A DNA stretch of 64,000 nt from an uncultured Chloroflexia bacterium (GTDB taxonomy: Bacteria; Chloroflexota; Anaerolineae; Anaerolineales; UBA4823), in assembly GCA_963702535.1 (NCBI GenBank), contig CAVPDG010000025.1, positions 237,315 through 301,314 of the forward strand. Direction: 5' to 3'. Shown here one piece after another: positions 20,356-32,905 of this stretch. The position numbers and the translations under genes were made by a program. Under the pieces are notes generated by a model. It searched no databases and was not told the DNA's origin. It saw only the letters and a program-made list of their open reading frames with translations. Numbering within the stretch: position 1 is the first letter of the stretch; each line of letters begins with the position of its first letter.

Positions 20356-20820
20356 TTAATCCCCCTGCAACGCCTCCAGCACCTCGGCGCTGTGCTCCGC
20401 CGGCTTGACATTCTCGAAGACGCGGGCAATCTTGCCCTGTGCGTCAATGATGAATGTAGTGCGAAAGACACCGTCGTATTCCCTGCCCATGAACTTTTTT
20501 AATCCCCACACCCCGTACTGCTCGCACACCTTGTGATCGATGTCCGCCAGCAGAGGGAAGGGCAATGCAAACTTAGCTTTGAACCTGGCATGGGATTTTG
20601 GCGTATCTGGGCTGATGCCCAGGATGGTCACACCCGCTTGCTGGTAAGCGCTGTAGTCGTCACGGAAGTTGCAAGCCTCGGTCGTACAACCGGGGGTATC
20701 GTCCTTCGGGTAGAAGTAAAGCACCAGCGCCTGACCGCGATAATCAGACAGGCTTCGCGTTGTTTCTGTATCATCCTGCAAGGTGAATTCAGGGGCAGGG
20801 ACCCCGGCTGAGATCGGCAT
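20356..20820 (-). CDS. bcp: peroxiredoxin, Bcp type
   Basis: 154 aa. AhpC/TSA fold with peroxidatic motif FYPKDDTPGCTTEAC. Confidence 0.9.
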   Translation of the reverse strand: MPISAGVPAPEFTLQDDTETTRSLSDYRGQALVLYFYPKDDTPGCTTEACNFRDDYSAYQQAGVTILGISPDTPKSHARFKAKFALPFPLLADIDHKVCEQYGVWGLKKFMGREYDGVFRTTFIIDAQGKIARVFENVKPAEHSAEVLEALQGD

Positions 20821-20837
20821 GGCGTCGCTCCTTTGGG

Positions 20838-21203
20838 CTAGGCTAACCTGGCAGATTGTAACACACGCTCGAGGGTATCGACGGTGGGTGGCTTGACCAG
20901 CACCAGCAAGGCGCCGGTGCGGCGCGCCTTCAGGGCGGTCTCCGGCTGGTCGTCTGAGGTCACCACCACCACCGGCACATCCCGGAAACGCGGCTCGCGC
21001 CGCAAGTAAGCCATGATCTCGAAGCCATCGATACCCGGCATATTGATATCCAGGAAGATAGCATCCGGTGTGCTCTCTTTCAGGGTTAAAATAGCCGCCC
21101 GTGGTCCGTATGCAGGGACGGCATCCATCCCCAGGAAAGACAGCATCTGGCAGAGCATATCGGCAGTGTGCCGGTTATCATCCACAACCAGTGCGGTAGA
21201 CAT
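20838..21203 (-). CDS. single-domain response regulator (CheY-like)
   Basis: 121 aa. LVVDDN, IFLDINMPGIDG, VVVVTSDD and a conserved Lys (LVKP). Confidence 0.85.
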   Translation of the reverse strand: MSTALVVDDNRHTADMLCQMLSFLGMDAVPAYGPRAAILTLKESTPDAIFLDINMPGIDGFEIMAYLRREPRFRDVPVVVVTSDDQPETALKARRTGALLVLVKPPTVDTLERVLQSARLA

Positions 21204-21216
21204 GCGGGACTTCCTC

Positions 21217-23180
21217 TCATTCCAGGCTGGCGATCAGTTCGCCCATCGGGCTGACGTCGTATCCAGGCAGCCCGGCAACCGCCTGGCGGAAAGCGGGCTC
21301 ATGCAACAGGTCCAGCAGCGGGGCAAGCAACTGGTCTGCGTAATATTGGCTCGGAATGACCAGGTCGTATCGCTCCTGAAAAAGCGGGACAAAATCCAGG
21401 TCAAGAGCCTGAGCAGCAGCAGCAATCCCCAGACCACAATCAGCCCGACCGGATGCCACCGCTGCTGCTACTGCCAGGTGGGTGTATTCTTCTTGATTGT
21501 AGCCATGGATAGAACGGGAATCAAGTCCCAAAAGTACTAGCTGGTAGTCGAGCAGCACGCGCGTTCCCGCACCGCGCTGCCTGTTAATGAAAGTAACTTC
21601 CGGTTGCACCAGGTCCTCCAGGCTGCGGATACCTTTCGGGTTACCTTTCAAAACAATTAGGCCCTGCTGGCGTCCCACCAGGGTGACCACCTTCACCGCA
21701 ACGCCAGGCAGGTACTGGCGGATGGAGCTCAGGTTATAATCGCCCGTCTCGGTATCCAGCAGGTGCGATCCGGCGAGATGCGCTTCGCCTCGTTTGAGCG
21801 CCACTAACCCGCCCTGGCTGCCGACGTTGGCGGAGGTAAGGCGGCGGTCGCTCCTAGCCAGATACTGAGCCATCAGATCCAGCGTGATATCGTGAGAGCC
21901 GATGGCAAAAATGGTATGCTCCAGCTCGGCAAGCGAGCGATAGAGGGCGACTTTTACCTCTGCCCCGGCGGGAAGCCCTTGCGTGCCGCGCGGCAGGAGC
22001 GCCAGACCATCCGCACGCACCAGTGAGGTGATTACTCCGCCCCGCGGGCGAGGGGCGCCGCCAGCAGCCGCTCGCCGACGCGCCCGACAGCCACACGCAT
22101 GTAGTCATCGTCACCGGGTGGCGAGGTAACCTTGCGTGTCAGGGTCGCCATCACGCTCGCCGGCTCATCCGGCGAGAGTCCAATCCAGCGCCGTAGTAGC
22201 ATCTTGACGAAAATCTCTCCGGTGAGCGCGGCTGAAACCGGGTAACCTGGCACGCCGATCACCGGCTTCAGTTCGCCGGAGGCAGTTGCCACCATGCCCA
22301 GGATCACCGGGTGCCCGGGACGCACAGCCACGCCATGCACCAATAGCTCACCGCAAGATTCAACCACGCGGGCGGAGTAATCTTCCGATCCAGCAGATGA
22401 GCCGGCGTTAATCAAAACCAGATCACTCTCGCCTGCCGCCTCGAGCAGCCGTCCCCTGATCAGCTCGTAATCATCCGGGATGATCGGATAGCGCTGCGCC
22501 TGGCCCCCCCAGGCATTCACCTGAGCCGCCAGGACGAGCGAGTTGTACTCAATGATATCGCCCGGGCGGGCCGGCTGTCCCAGCGGGATCAGCTCGCTGC
22601 CAGTGGGCAGGATGGCTACCTTCGGTCGGCGAGCAACGCGCAACTGAGCATGCCCACAGGCGGCTATCGCCCCCAGGTCCACCGGGCGGAGCTGGTGACC
22701 GGCGGGAAGCACAAGCTGGGTTGCTACGATGTCCTCGCCAAGAGGTCGCACATGCTGCCAGGGAGGCAGGGCAGCGCGCAGGCGAATAGCAGCCGGGCGG
22801 CGCGATTCTGGCGCCAGTTGCCCGGCAGCATCGAGCGGTTCGACATTTTCGATTGGCACGACGGCATTAGCCCACACCGGGAGGGGGTCTCCGGTATCCA
22901 CGTAAGCTGCCTGTTCGCCGCATGTCAGCGTCATAGGAGCGGAGGGCATGGCGCCAGCCGTATCTTCGGCGCGCAACGCAAAGCCATCCATGGCTGAAGC
23001 ATGGTAATGGGGAGAAGATATCTTAGCCCACACCGGCTCCGCCAGCACACGCCCTAAGGCGTGCTCGTCCAGCGGTATTTCTTCGACGCCCAGCAAACCA
23101 TCTCTTCTGGCAGCCTGAAGAGCAGCCAAAAGACGAGCTTGCGCTTCTGGGAGGGGAATATCGTGCAAGTATACAGACAT
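21217..23180 (-). CDS. moeA: molybdopterin molybdenumtransferase MoeA fused to a periplasmic-binding-protein-like domain; frame break near 22035
   Basis: ORF 22032..23180 has the MoeA N-terminal and MPT-binding domains (SAMDGFALRA, LPTGSELIP, LINAGSSAGSEDY, VAVRPGHP). Deleting one base gives ...ARGAGVITSLVRADGLALLPRGTQGLPAGAEVKVALY (MoeA domain IV) running into the PBP-like domain of ORF 21217..22020. Confidence 0.8.
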
Positions 23181-23196
23181 ACGGATAGCCTTTAAT

Positions 23197-23800
23197 TTAG
23201 GATGGATGATAACTCAATCCGGCTTCACCGCAACAAACCGGCAAACGCAACCAGGTCGTAGCTGCCCTGGACCAGGTGCGCACCACCATCGGCAGCAGGT
23301 AGAAGCCCGATTTGTCTATGAAGACGATCGTTCGTCCTTCTTGGACCGCCTTTTTTTCAACTCGGGCCATCGCTCTGTCTTCCATCGCTGGATCTCGGCT
23401 TCCTTGCGCTGTTTGGCTCGCCGAATAGGCTTCTGGGGTGTCCAGCCCAGCTCTTTCAGAATGCGGCTGACGTGGGAGGGGTGGTACTTCACACCCAACT
23501 CGCGTTCGATGACCTTTGCCACGCGTGGACAGGTCCACAAATCGCCTCGGAAACCGAAGCTCTCCGCCCCGTGTTCGAATAATCCTGGGATGCGCTGCCG
23601 TTCTTCCGTGCACAAGTGGCGAGGCGAACCGGTCGACTTCCGAGCCGCAAGCGCCGCTTCCCCTCCTTCCTTGCCCGCCTTGATCCATTGGCTGACCGCT
23701 CCTTTGGTGACGCCCATCGCTTCGGCAATTTGCTTCTGCGGCCAGCCCGCCTGGTACAACACCGAGGCTCGTTTGCTAATTCCGGCTCAGGTAGCTTACA
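23197..23800 (-). mobile_element. IS630-family transposase remnant (HTH part plus first ~45 aa of the catalytic part)
   Basis: ORF 23316..23762 reads ...GWPQKQIAEAMGVTKGAVSQWIK...GDLWTCPRVAKVIERELGVKYHPSHVSRILKELGWTPQKP...WPELKK. The -1 frame continues KAVQEGRTIVFIDKSGFYLLPMVVRTW and then ends. The frames meet at an A7 run (T-run 23351-23357 on the plus strand). The DDE core is missing and the N-terminus is truncated. Confidence 0.7.
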
Positions 23801-23809
23801 TTAACTCGG

Positions 23810-25043
23810 CTATAGATACACCACTTCTACACGTGCCCCAGCGGGTAGACCGTTGGCATCCGCGGGGATACGGATCAGACCATCCGCGCGCGCCAGCGTG
23901 AAGATCAGGTTGCTCTTGCCGAAAACCGGCTCAGCCAGGTAACCCTGGGGAGACTCCACCAGCCTGACCGGCACCCAGTCCTCCCGCCCGGCTTGCGAGG
24001 GCAAATTCAGCGCCAGCGCCGCGCTCAGCCCGGGCCGCGGCAGGCGCCGCCGCAAACCAAGCAGCGTTTCCAGAACTGGCGTGACAAACAGGTCAGCAAT
24101 GACGAGGGCGCTGACCGGGTTGCCGGGCAAGCCGATCACCGCCTTGCCGCAGCACACCGCTAAAATTGTCGGCTTGCCCGGACGGACGTTCACTCCGTGC
24201 ACCAAAACGCCTGGCTCGCCGAGGGCATCGATCACCTGGGCAGTCAGGTCGCGTGTGCTGGCAGAAGAGCCAGCCGTAATCACCACGATATCACATTCTA
24301 ACAGCGCACGGCGAGCAGCAGCCAGCAAATCAGCCGCCCGATCAGGTTGGATGCCGTAATGCACCGCAACTCCTCCAACCCTCTCCACCAAAGCGCTCAA
24401 GGTATACGCGTTGACGTCCCGTACCTGGCCGGGTCCGGGCTGTTGATCAGGCGCAACCAGCTCATCGCCGCTGGAGAGGATGCCCACGCGCGGGCGGCGT
24501 GCCACAGCTACCTGCGTCAGCCCAAGCGCCATCAGACCGCCTATCTCCGCCGGTCTGAGGCGCAAGCCGTCCGGCAACACCTCCTGCTCCCTCCTGCACA
24601 TCCTCGCCAACCTTGAGCACGTTCTCACCATCAGCCAGCGAGCGTAAGATCTCCACCTCTCCCTGGCGCACGCTCTGGGTGTGCTCAACCATCACGACGG
24701 CGTCCGCGCCAACCGGCAACATACCACCGGTATGGATGAGGGCGCAGCTACCCCGGCGCAGCTCAAAGCCAGCCGGAGCGCCCATCAGCACTTCGCCGGC
24801 GACCTGCAGGTAGGCAGGCAGTGTCTCGCTGGCGCCATGCGTGTCGCTGGCGATCACGGCATACCCGTCAACCGTAGCGCGAGGGAAAGCCGGCAAAGGA
24901 TGTGGCGCCGTCACCGAGGCAGCCGTAATCCTTCCCAGGGCTGATTCTGTCGCAACAATTTCCGGCGATGGGCTTGCCGGCAGATGAGCCAGCAGGCGAT
25001 CTAACGCCTGCGGAGGTGGAACGAGCTCAAGAAACTCCGGCAT
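23810..25043 (-). CDS. moeA: MoeA paralogue (molybdopterin molybdenumtransferase); frame break near 24590
   Basis: ORF 24462..25043 carries ATVDGYAV...IHTGGMLP...LKVGEDVQEG. ORF 23810..24688 carries QEVLPDGLRLRPAEIGGLMALG...ILSSGDELV...VITAGSSASTRD...VNVRPGKP...ARVEVVYL. Confidence 0.8.
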
Positions 25044-25062
25044 ACTCTCTTCTCAGTCCCAT

Positions 25063-25968
25063 TCAGCGCGTCCAATAGGCAAACGCCAGTAAATAAGCTG
25101 CAGACGCAAATAGCACCAGGGCAGTCAGCGTCAGCGCCCTCCAGTTCGGAGCAGCTCCTTCCGCAATGCGGCGCATCTGCCAGATTTGCAACAACCCTAC
25201 TGGCAGGGTAAAGAACGCCGGCAAAGCGATAAAAAACGGCATGCCCAGCGTTACCGCCACCGCAAGGAGGAGATAGGCGATCAGGATCAGCAGGTTGTGA
25301 AATCCCATGCCGGCATTCCAGCCCAAACGCACCAGAAGGGTTCGCTTCTCTTGTTTCGTATCCGAGGCGTAATCGGGAAACTCGAAAGCCAGCATCATCG
25401 CCAGGTGCAGAGCAGTCAGAGGGAAGGTCGTCATGGGCACAAGGCGATGCAAATCGCCCACCTGTAAAAGATAAGCAAAACCCGGGATCAGGTTCGCCAC
25501 GATGATCGAGGTGGTCAACTCGCCATAACCGGAGGAAGCCAGCCGCACGGGGGGAACGGAATAGAAAAAGGCGCCGAGGAAGCACAAGACCATGATCAAG
25601 ATCGTAGCGGATTCAAGCCTGTGGGTATTGATGAGCAAAACAGTCAGGGATGCCGTCACAGCCAGGCAGGCTGCTGCAGCCATCAGAGCGGTTGAGCGCG
25701 TCAGCTTACCCGGTCCCACCGCCCCGCTACCGCCGGAGAATGGCGTGCGGTTTGGGTTATCCTGATCGCCAGGTGCATCGTAATACTCGTTAAGATATTG
25801 CGCACTGAGCTGTAACAGAGTCACCCAGGCTTGCCCTAACAAGTACAGCTCCCAGTTCACCTCGCTTCCCAGGTAATGGGCTATTCCCACACCGAGGGCA
25901 TACACCAGGATTCCGCCAAGCAGGAATAATGGACGGGACATGCGCACAAATAGCCGCAGGTTCTGCAT
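25063..25968 (-). CDS. UbiA-family aromatic prenyltransferase (MenA-like)
   Basis: 301 aa with about 8 TMs. Asp-rich motif NEYYDAPGDQDN and a second motif EFPDYASDTKQEKRTL. Confidence 0.75.
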   Translation of the reverse strand: MQNLRLFVRMSRPLFLLGGILVYALGVGIAHYLGSEVNWELYLLGQAWVTLLQLSAQYLNEYYDAPGDQDNPNRTPFSGGSGAVGPGKLTRSTALMAAAACLAVTASLTVLLINTHRLESATILIMVLCFLGAFFYSVPPVRLASSGYGELTTSIIVANLIPGFAYLLQVGDLHRLVPMTTFPLTALHLAMMLAFEFPDYASDTKQEKRTLLVRLGWNAGMGFHNLLILIAYLLLAVAVTLGMPFFIALPAFFTLPVGLLQIWQMRRIAEGAAPNWRALTLTALVLFASAAYLLAFAYWTR

Positions 25969-25972
25969 AAGA

Positions 25973-26452
25973 TTATTGCTCGGCGAGGTGTTTGCGGATA
26001 TCGCGTTGGTGGATCTGGTTATGCCGGTAAAGCAGTTTGATGATCTCAGCCAACTCGGTTTTCCCTAAGTAGGGATGGCGCCCCTGGCGGAGCAGGTCTG
26101 CCTGGGTCATGCCAGAGACGGTCTGGATATTCCGCTGACGGAAGCGATCAAATTGCTGCAGCAATTCAGGCGGAGATACCTGGTTTAGCGAAGCGACTTT
26201 GCGTTCATTATAAGCATCAATATCAAAATCATCCGGCGCCCCGCTTCCACCCGCCTGGATATTCTCGATCAAACGACCGAACGCAGCTTCTGCGGAGACA
26301 AAGTGAGCCAGCACCTGGCGCACCGCCCAACAAGAGCCATCTGTGTAAACGGTTTTCCCCCAGCTATCCGGTGAGAGGGCAGAAAAAAACTCAACCGTTC
26401 TCTCACCTTCAACTCTCATACGCTCGGCAAGGAATTGAGGGGTGTCAGACAT
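25973..26452 (-). CDS. DinB-family protein
   Basis: Starting from MSDTPQFLAERMRVEGERTVEFF the protein is about 159 aa, helical, with His-containing motifs (VLAHFVSAE, YRHNQIHQRD) typical of the DinB/YfiT fold. The longer ORF start at 26533 overlaps the rhodanese 3' part. Confidence 0.65.
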   Translation of the reverse strand: MSDTPQFLAERMRVEGERTVEFFSALSPDSWGKTVYTDGSCWAVRQVLAHFVSAEAAFGRLIENIQAGGSGAPDDFDIDAYNERKVASLNQVSPPELLQQFDRFRQRNIQTVSGMTQADLLRQGRHPYLGKTELAEIIKLLYRHNQIHQRDIRKHLAEQ

Positions 26453-26462
26453 GCGCACTGCC

Positions 26463-26936
26463 TTACGGCTCGATGGGGTAGCCTGCGTCCTGCCAGGCTT
26501 GCAACCCACCCAGGATAGGATTGACTTGCTCAAAGCCCTGGCTCAGAAGATACGACGCCGCACGGGCGCTCGATTCCTCCGCCGGTCAGGTGCAATAGGT
26601 AATGATCCAGGCGTTCTGATCCAGCTCGCCAAGGCGGTCGGGTAGCTCACTCAAGGGGATAGACAAAGCTCCAGGGATGTGATGCGAAGCAAAGGAATCA
26701 GCATCGCGTACGTCCAGGAAGACCGCATTCTTCTGATCGAAAGCCGCTTTTGCATCCACCAGGGCGATACGGGTGACATCCTGGGCAGTTACCCCTTGCT
26801 CTGCAGCCGGTTCAGGCGCTGCAGCGGGCTGAACCAGTTTCCAGACAAGCCAGCCCCCTAGCACCAGGACCACGAAGCCGCCAAGGGCTATCAGCAACAC
26901 TGGCAGTGAATTATCCCGACGCTTGCGTTTCGCCAT
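26463..26936 (-). CDS. membrane-anchored rhodanese-domain protein with an in-frame TGA (26586-26588) at a conserved Cys position
   Basis: ORF 26586..26936 carries an N-terminal TM and a rhodanese fold, ending ...NAWIITYCT-TGA. The same frame continues PAEESSARAASYLLSQGFEQVNPILGGLQAWQDAGYPIEP to TAA 26463-26465, 11 nt before the DinB ATG. Confidence 0.7.
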
Positions 26937-27048
26937 TCATCCTCCATGGTGAGCTTTCTGTGCTGGTTTATACTAGAAATTTGATCCACAAGGGCGCAAT
27001 CACGCCCATCATACCATAAGTGACCGGATCGCTTCGAGAGCTGCCCTG

Positions 27049-28011
27049 TTATTTGCGAAAGAAATTCGAGATGAAAAACCACAAATTGGCAGGGCGCTCA
27101 GCCAGGCGGCGTACAAAGTAAGGGTACCATTCTGATCCGTAAGGCACATAGACTCGCACCGGGTAGCCTTCCTTCGTCAAGCTTTCCTGTAGATCACGCC
27201 GGATACCGTGCAACATCTGGAATTCCAGCGCTTCTTTGGGAACGCCGATCTTGCGGGCATAGTCGCGCGCAAACTTCACTCGCCGCTCATCGTGAGTAGC
27301 CAGGGCGACCGTGGGGGGCAGGCGCCCGTCCTGGCTGACAACCGGGCATCCGGCAGCCAGGGACCCATCCAGCATGATCTGAGCCAACCTGTCGTAGCTG
27401 GCATCCACATCCGGCTTGTGGGGGTACGCAATGTCATTCGGCTCTTTATAAGCGCCCTTGCACAGGCGGATGCGTGAGCACTCGCTGGTCAGCTTGCGGA
27501 CATCCTCCTCGCTGCGGTACAGGTAAGACTGGATCACCACCCCCACATTTTCAAATCCTTGCTCCTTCCGCATCTGCCAGAAGAGGCGCAGCGTTGCATC
27601 GACACAAGAAGAATCTTCCATGTCGATACGGACAAAATTGCCCGTATCCGCTGCTTTTTGCAGGATCATCTGCAAATTCTCGCGGCACATCCCCTCACCC
27701 AGCGCCAGCCCAATCTGAGTCAGCTTGATCGAAACGTTGGCTCTTACCCCGGATGCCTGTATGGTTTCCAGCACCTGAAGGATCTCCTCAGCGGCGCGCC
27801 TGGCAGACTCCAGATCGGTGGTATGTTCCCCGAGGTGATCGAGCGTGGCATTGATCCCTTTCTGGTTCAATTGTTTGATGACCCGAATAGCATCGTCGAG
27901 GTTTTCACCCGCGACAAATCGTGATGCTGCCCGCCATGCAAATTTCCAGTTCGTGACGAGTTTGCGTGCCCAGGCTGCCTTAGATAAGTAGATGAACAGG
28001 GTTCGGAACAT
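27049..28011 (-). CDS. proline dehydrogenase (monofunctional PutA-like)
   Basis: Intact 320-aa ORF. TIM-barrel proline dehydrogenase pattern ...INATLDHLGE..., VSIKLTQIG, VRIDMEDS, VVIQSYLYRS, RLCKGAYKEP, ATHDE, FQMLHGI, C-terminal YFVRRLAERPANLWFF. Confidence 0.85.
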   Translation of the reverse strand: MFRTLFIYLSKAAWARKLVTNWKFAWRAASRFVAGENLDDAIRVIKQLNQKGINATLDHLGEHTTDLESARRAAEEILQVLETIQASGVRANVSIKLTQIGLALGEGMCRENLQMILQKAADTGNFVRIDMEDSSCVDATLRLFWQMRKEQGFENVGVVIQSYLYRSEEDVRKLTSECSRIRLCKGAYKEPNDIAYPHKPDVDASYDRLAQIMLDGSLAAGCPVVSQDGRLPPTVALATHDERRVKFARDYARKIGVPKEALEFQMLHGIRRDLQESLTKEGYPVRVYVPYGSEWYPYFVRRLAERPANLWFFISNFFRK

Positions 28012-28126
28012 CCTTTGGTGCCTCCCGTTGCAAGTAAAGGTTCAGCTCAGAGGAGTCGCGCAGTCGGAACGAGATGATCTTGTATTCGAAGCTTCGATCA
28101 GTAGTTTGCGCGCAAATCCTTTTAGA

Positions 28127-28135
28127 GCTATTCTA
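28127..28135 (-). promoter_or_regulatory. extended -10 promoter for the proline dehydrogenase gene
   Basis: The minus strand reads TGCTAGAAT (TGn + TAGAAT), about 115 nt upstream of the ATG at 28011. Confidence 0.4.
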
Positions 28136-28158
28136 GCATGAAAGCCCCAAAAATATTG

Positions 28159-28174
28159 TGGCACAAAACTTGCA
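28159..28174 (+). promoter_or_regulatory. sigma-54 (-24/-12) promoter upstream of rpoN
   Basis: TGGCAC-aaaac-TTGCA is an exact match to the TGGCAC-N5-TTGCW consensus. It ends 36 nt before the rpoN ATG (28211). A TATAAT hexamer (28181-28186) follows immediately. Confidence 0.7.
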
Positions 28175-28210
28175 ACAAGGTATAATCGAATAAATCCGCG
28201 AGGGAATGCC

Positions 28211-29755
<1,545 letters not shown>

Positions 29756-29759
<4 letters not shown>

Positions 29760-31723
29760 ATCCACCCCCTCAATTCTACACACTGCCAACCTTACGGCGC
29801 GCCCCCGGTCAGGCGGACTTTGAGGCGCTGCTCGACCTGCTGCCAGTTCCTGCACTGCTCCTCGATGCCAGGAGCAAGCGCGTGGTGCTGGCTAACGCTC
29901 GGGCAACTGAGCTGACCGCGTATACACGGGCGGAGCTTGCCGGTATGGATTTCGAGCGTCTCTCCGCCAATCCCACAAGCCAGGCGGCTTTGCAGAAGAG
30001 CACCACGGAAGCGGATACGCTGCCGCTGGCGCTATTGAAAAGGAATAAATCACAGGTCGAGATCGTCGCCAGTTTCCAGAAGCTATCTTCTCAGAGCCGG
30101 TGGATTCTGGCATCTCTGGAACCGGCTGAGCAAGTGCAGCGGCGCATGATGGAGAGCACGCGGCGGGGTGAGGTCATCGACAGCATGAAAATGATCAGCG
30201 CCGCCATCCACCAGCCTCACTTGAACAGCGCCGCCCAGGATATGGTAGAAGCCGCCCGCCAGATGACCAAAGCAGATACCGCCGCCCTATACCTGCAAGA
30301 ACTGGCTGGCACAGGTCAGGAAATCCTCATGCCCAGGCTGATCGTTTCTGGCGCCGCGGGGGTCCTCCCTGATGCGCTTCCCGCCCAGGATATGGCGCAC
30401 CTGCGCCGCCCCCTCATCTGGACGCCTGGTAAGCGTATCGCCAGCAGCCTGCATCTGGCAGCCCGTTCCAACAGCCTGGCATACCTGGCAAGCGCTCCAT
30501 TGGGCAGCAGCTCGGCTGCCATCGGCGTCTTGGCTCTTGCAGGCAGCGCTACGCCCTCCCTGGAATTGCTCCTGGTGCAGGTCGAGATACTGGCAGATGC
30601 AACGTCCGCTCTGATCGAGCATCACAGCCGCGCCACGAGCCTGGAGGCAGACTTGCTGGAGCTGAAGCGCACGGCAGCGATCCGGGCGCTCGTTGAGAAC
30701 ACGATCGACGAGGCGGTCATCGTCCTGTCTCCCGAGCTCGACTCTCACGCGTATGAACCAGGCAGCAGAAGCAATCCTGGGGTACTCGTCTGGGGAAGCC
30801 GAGGGGCAGCCCGTAGATCACATCCTCATCGCCACAGAATCCCTGATCCCCATGCTTAAAAACGCGCTCGATGGACTACCCACCTTGAAGGCAGAAAACT
30901 TGCACATCTACCGCCGAAACGGCGAGACGTTCCTGGCGCAGGTAAGCGTTCTCCCTGCCCGCATCGAAGATAGCATACAAGGGACGATCCTCTTGATCCA
31001 GGATATGAGTGAGAAAGAGCAAATCCAGGCTCAAGCCCAGCAGTTGGAGCAGCGCGCCTTACTGGGTGAAGTCACGGCGATCTTCGCTCACGAAGTGCGC
31101 AATCCGATCAACAACATCAGCACCGGCTTGCAATTGATGGGTTACAACCTGCCAAACGACGATCCGAACCAGGAGATCATCAGCCGTTTGCAGGCCGATT
31201 GTGACCGTCTCGGAGAGCTGATGAAATCGGTGCTGGCATTCTCGCGCCCGACAGAATATGAGATGGAGTCCGTGGCGATTGGACCCTTACTGAATCGCCT
31301 GCTCGAGCGCCAGCGCTCACGCAGCGCCACGCCGCCCATCCAGACCCACATGCAGATCGAGACCGGCACGCCGGATGTCCGAGGCAACGCCCGCGCTCTC
31401 GAACAGGTATTTTCCAACCTGATCACCAATGCAGCCCAGGCGATGAGCGACACCGGCGGAAGCATCGCGGTTAAGGTGCGCCAGGTGGTGGCTGGCGAAG
31501 AGCGCCGTTACATCCAGATCGATGTCGCCGATAACGGACCCGGCATCCCCAAAGAGCTTCAGGAACGCATCTTCCAGCCGTTCTTTACAACCAAGCCCAA
31601 TGGCACGGGTCTCGGTCTGGCGATCACCAAGAGAATCATCACCGCACACAAAGGGAATATCCAGGTCAGCAGCTTCCCTGGCGGAACCGTGTTTCACGTA
31701 CAATTGCCCGCCATGGAGGCATA

Positions 31724-31724
<1 letters not shown>
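29756..31724 (+). CDS. PAS/GAF sensor histidine kinase (NtrB/AtoS-like); frame break near 30740
   Basis: The ATG overlaps the rpoN stop (ATGA). N-terminal PAS-like and GAF-like regions and a second PAS (MNQAAEAILGYSSGEAEGQPV). H-box FAHEVRNPINNIS, ATPase boxes NLITNA, DNGPGIP, GTGLGLAI. Confidence 0.85.

Positions 31725-32901
<1,177 letters not shown>

Positions 32902-32905
<4 letters not shown>

Noticed and set aside
28013-28031. TGGTGC-ctcccg-TTGCA near the putA start as another sigma-54 promoter.
   Set aside because: The spacer is 6 nt instead of 5 and it overlaps the putA start codon region on the other strand. It could only work if an indel error is assumed.
30884-30899. AGGCAG-aaaac-TTGCA inside the histidine kinase gene.
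   Set aside because: It is a 9/11 match in coding sequence with no downstream start nearby. Chance level.
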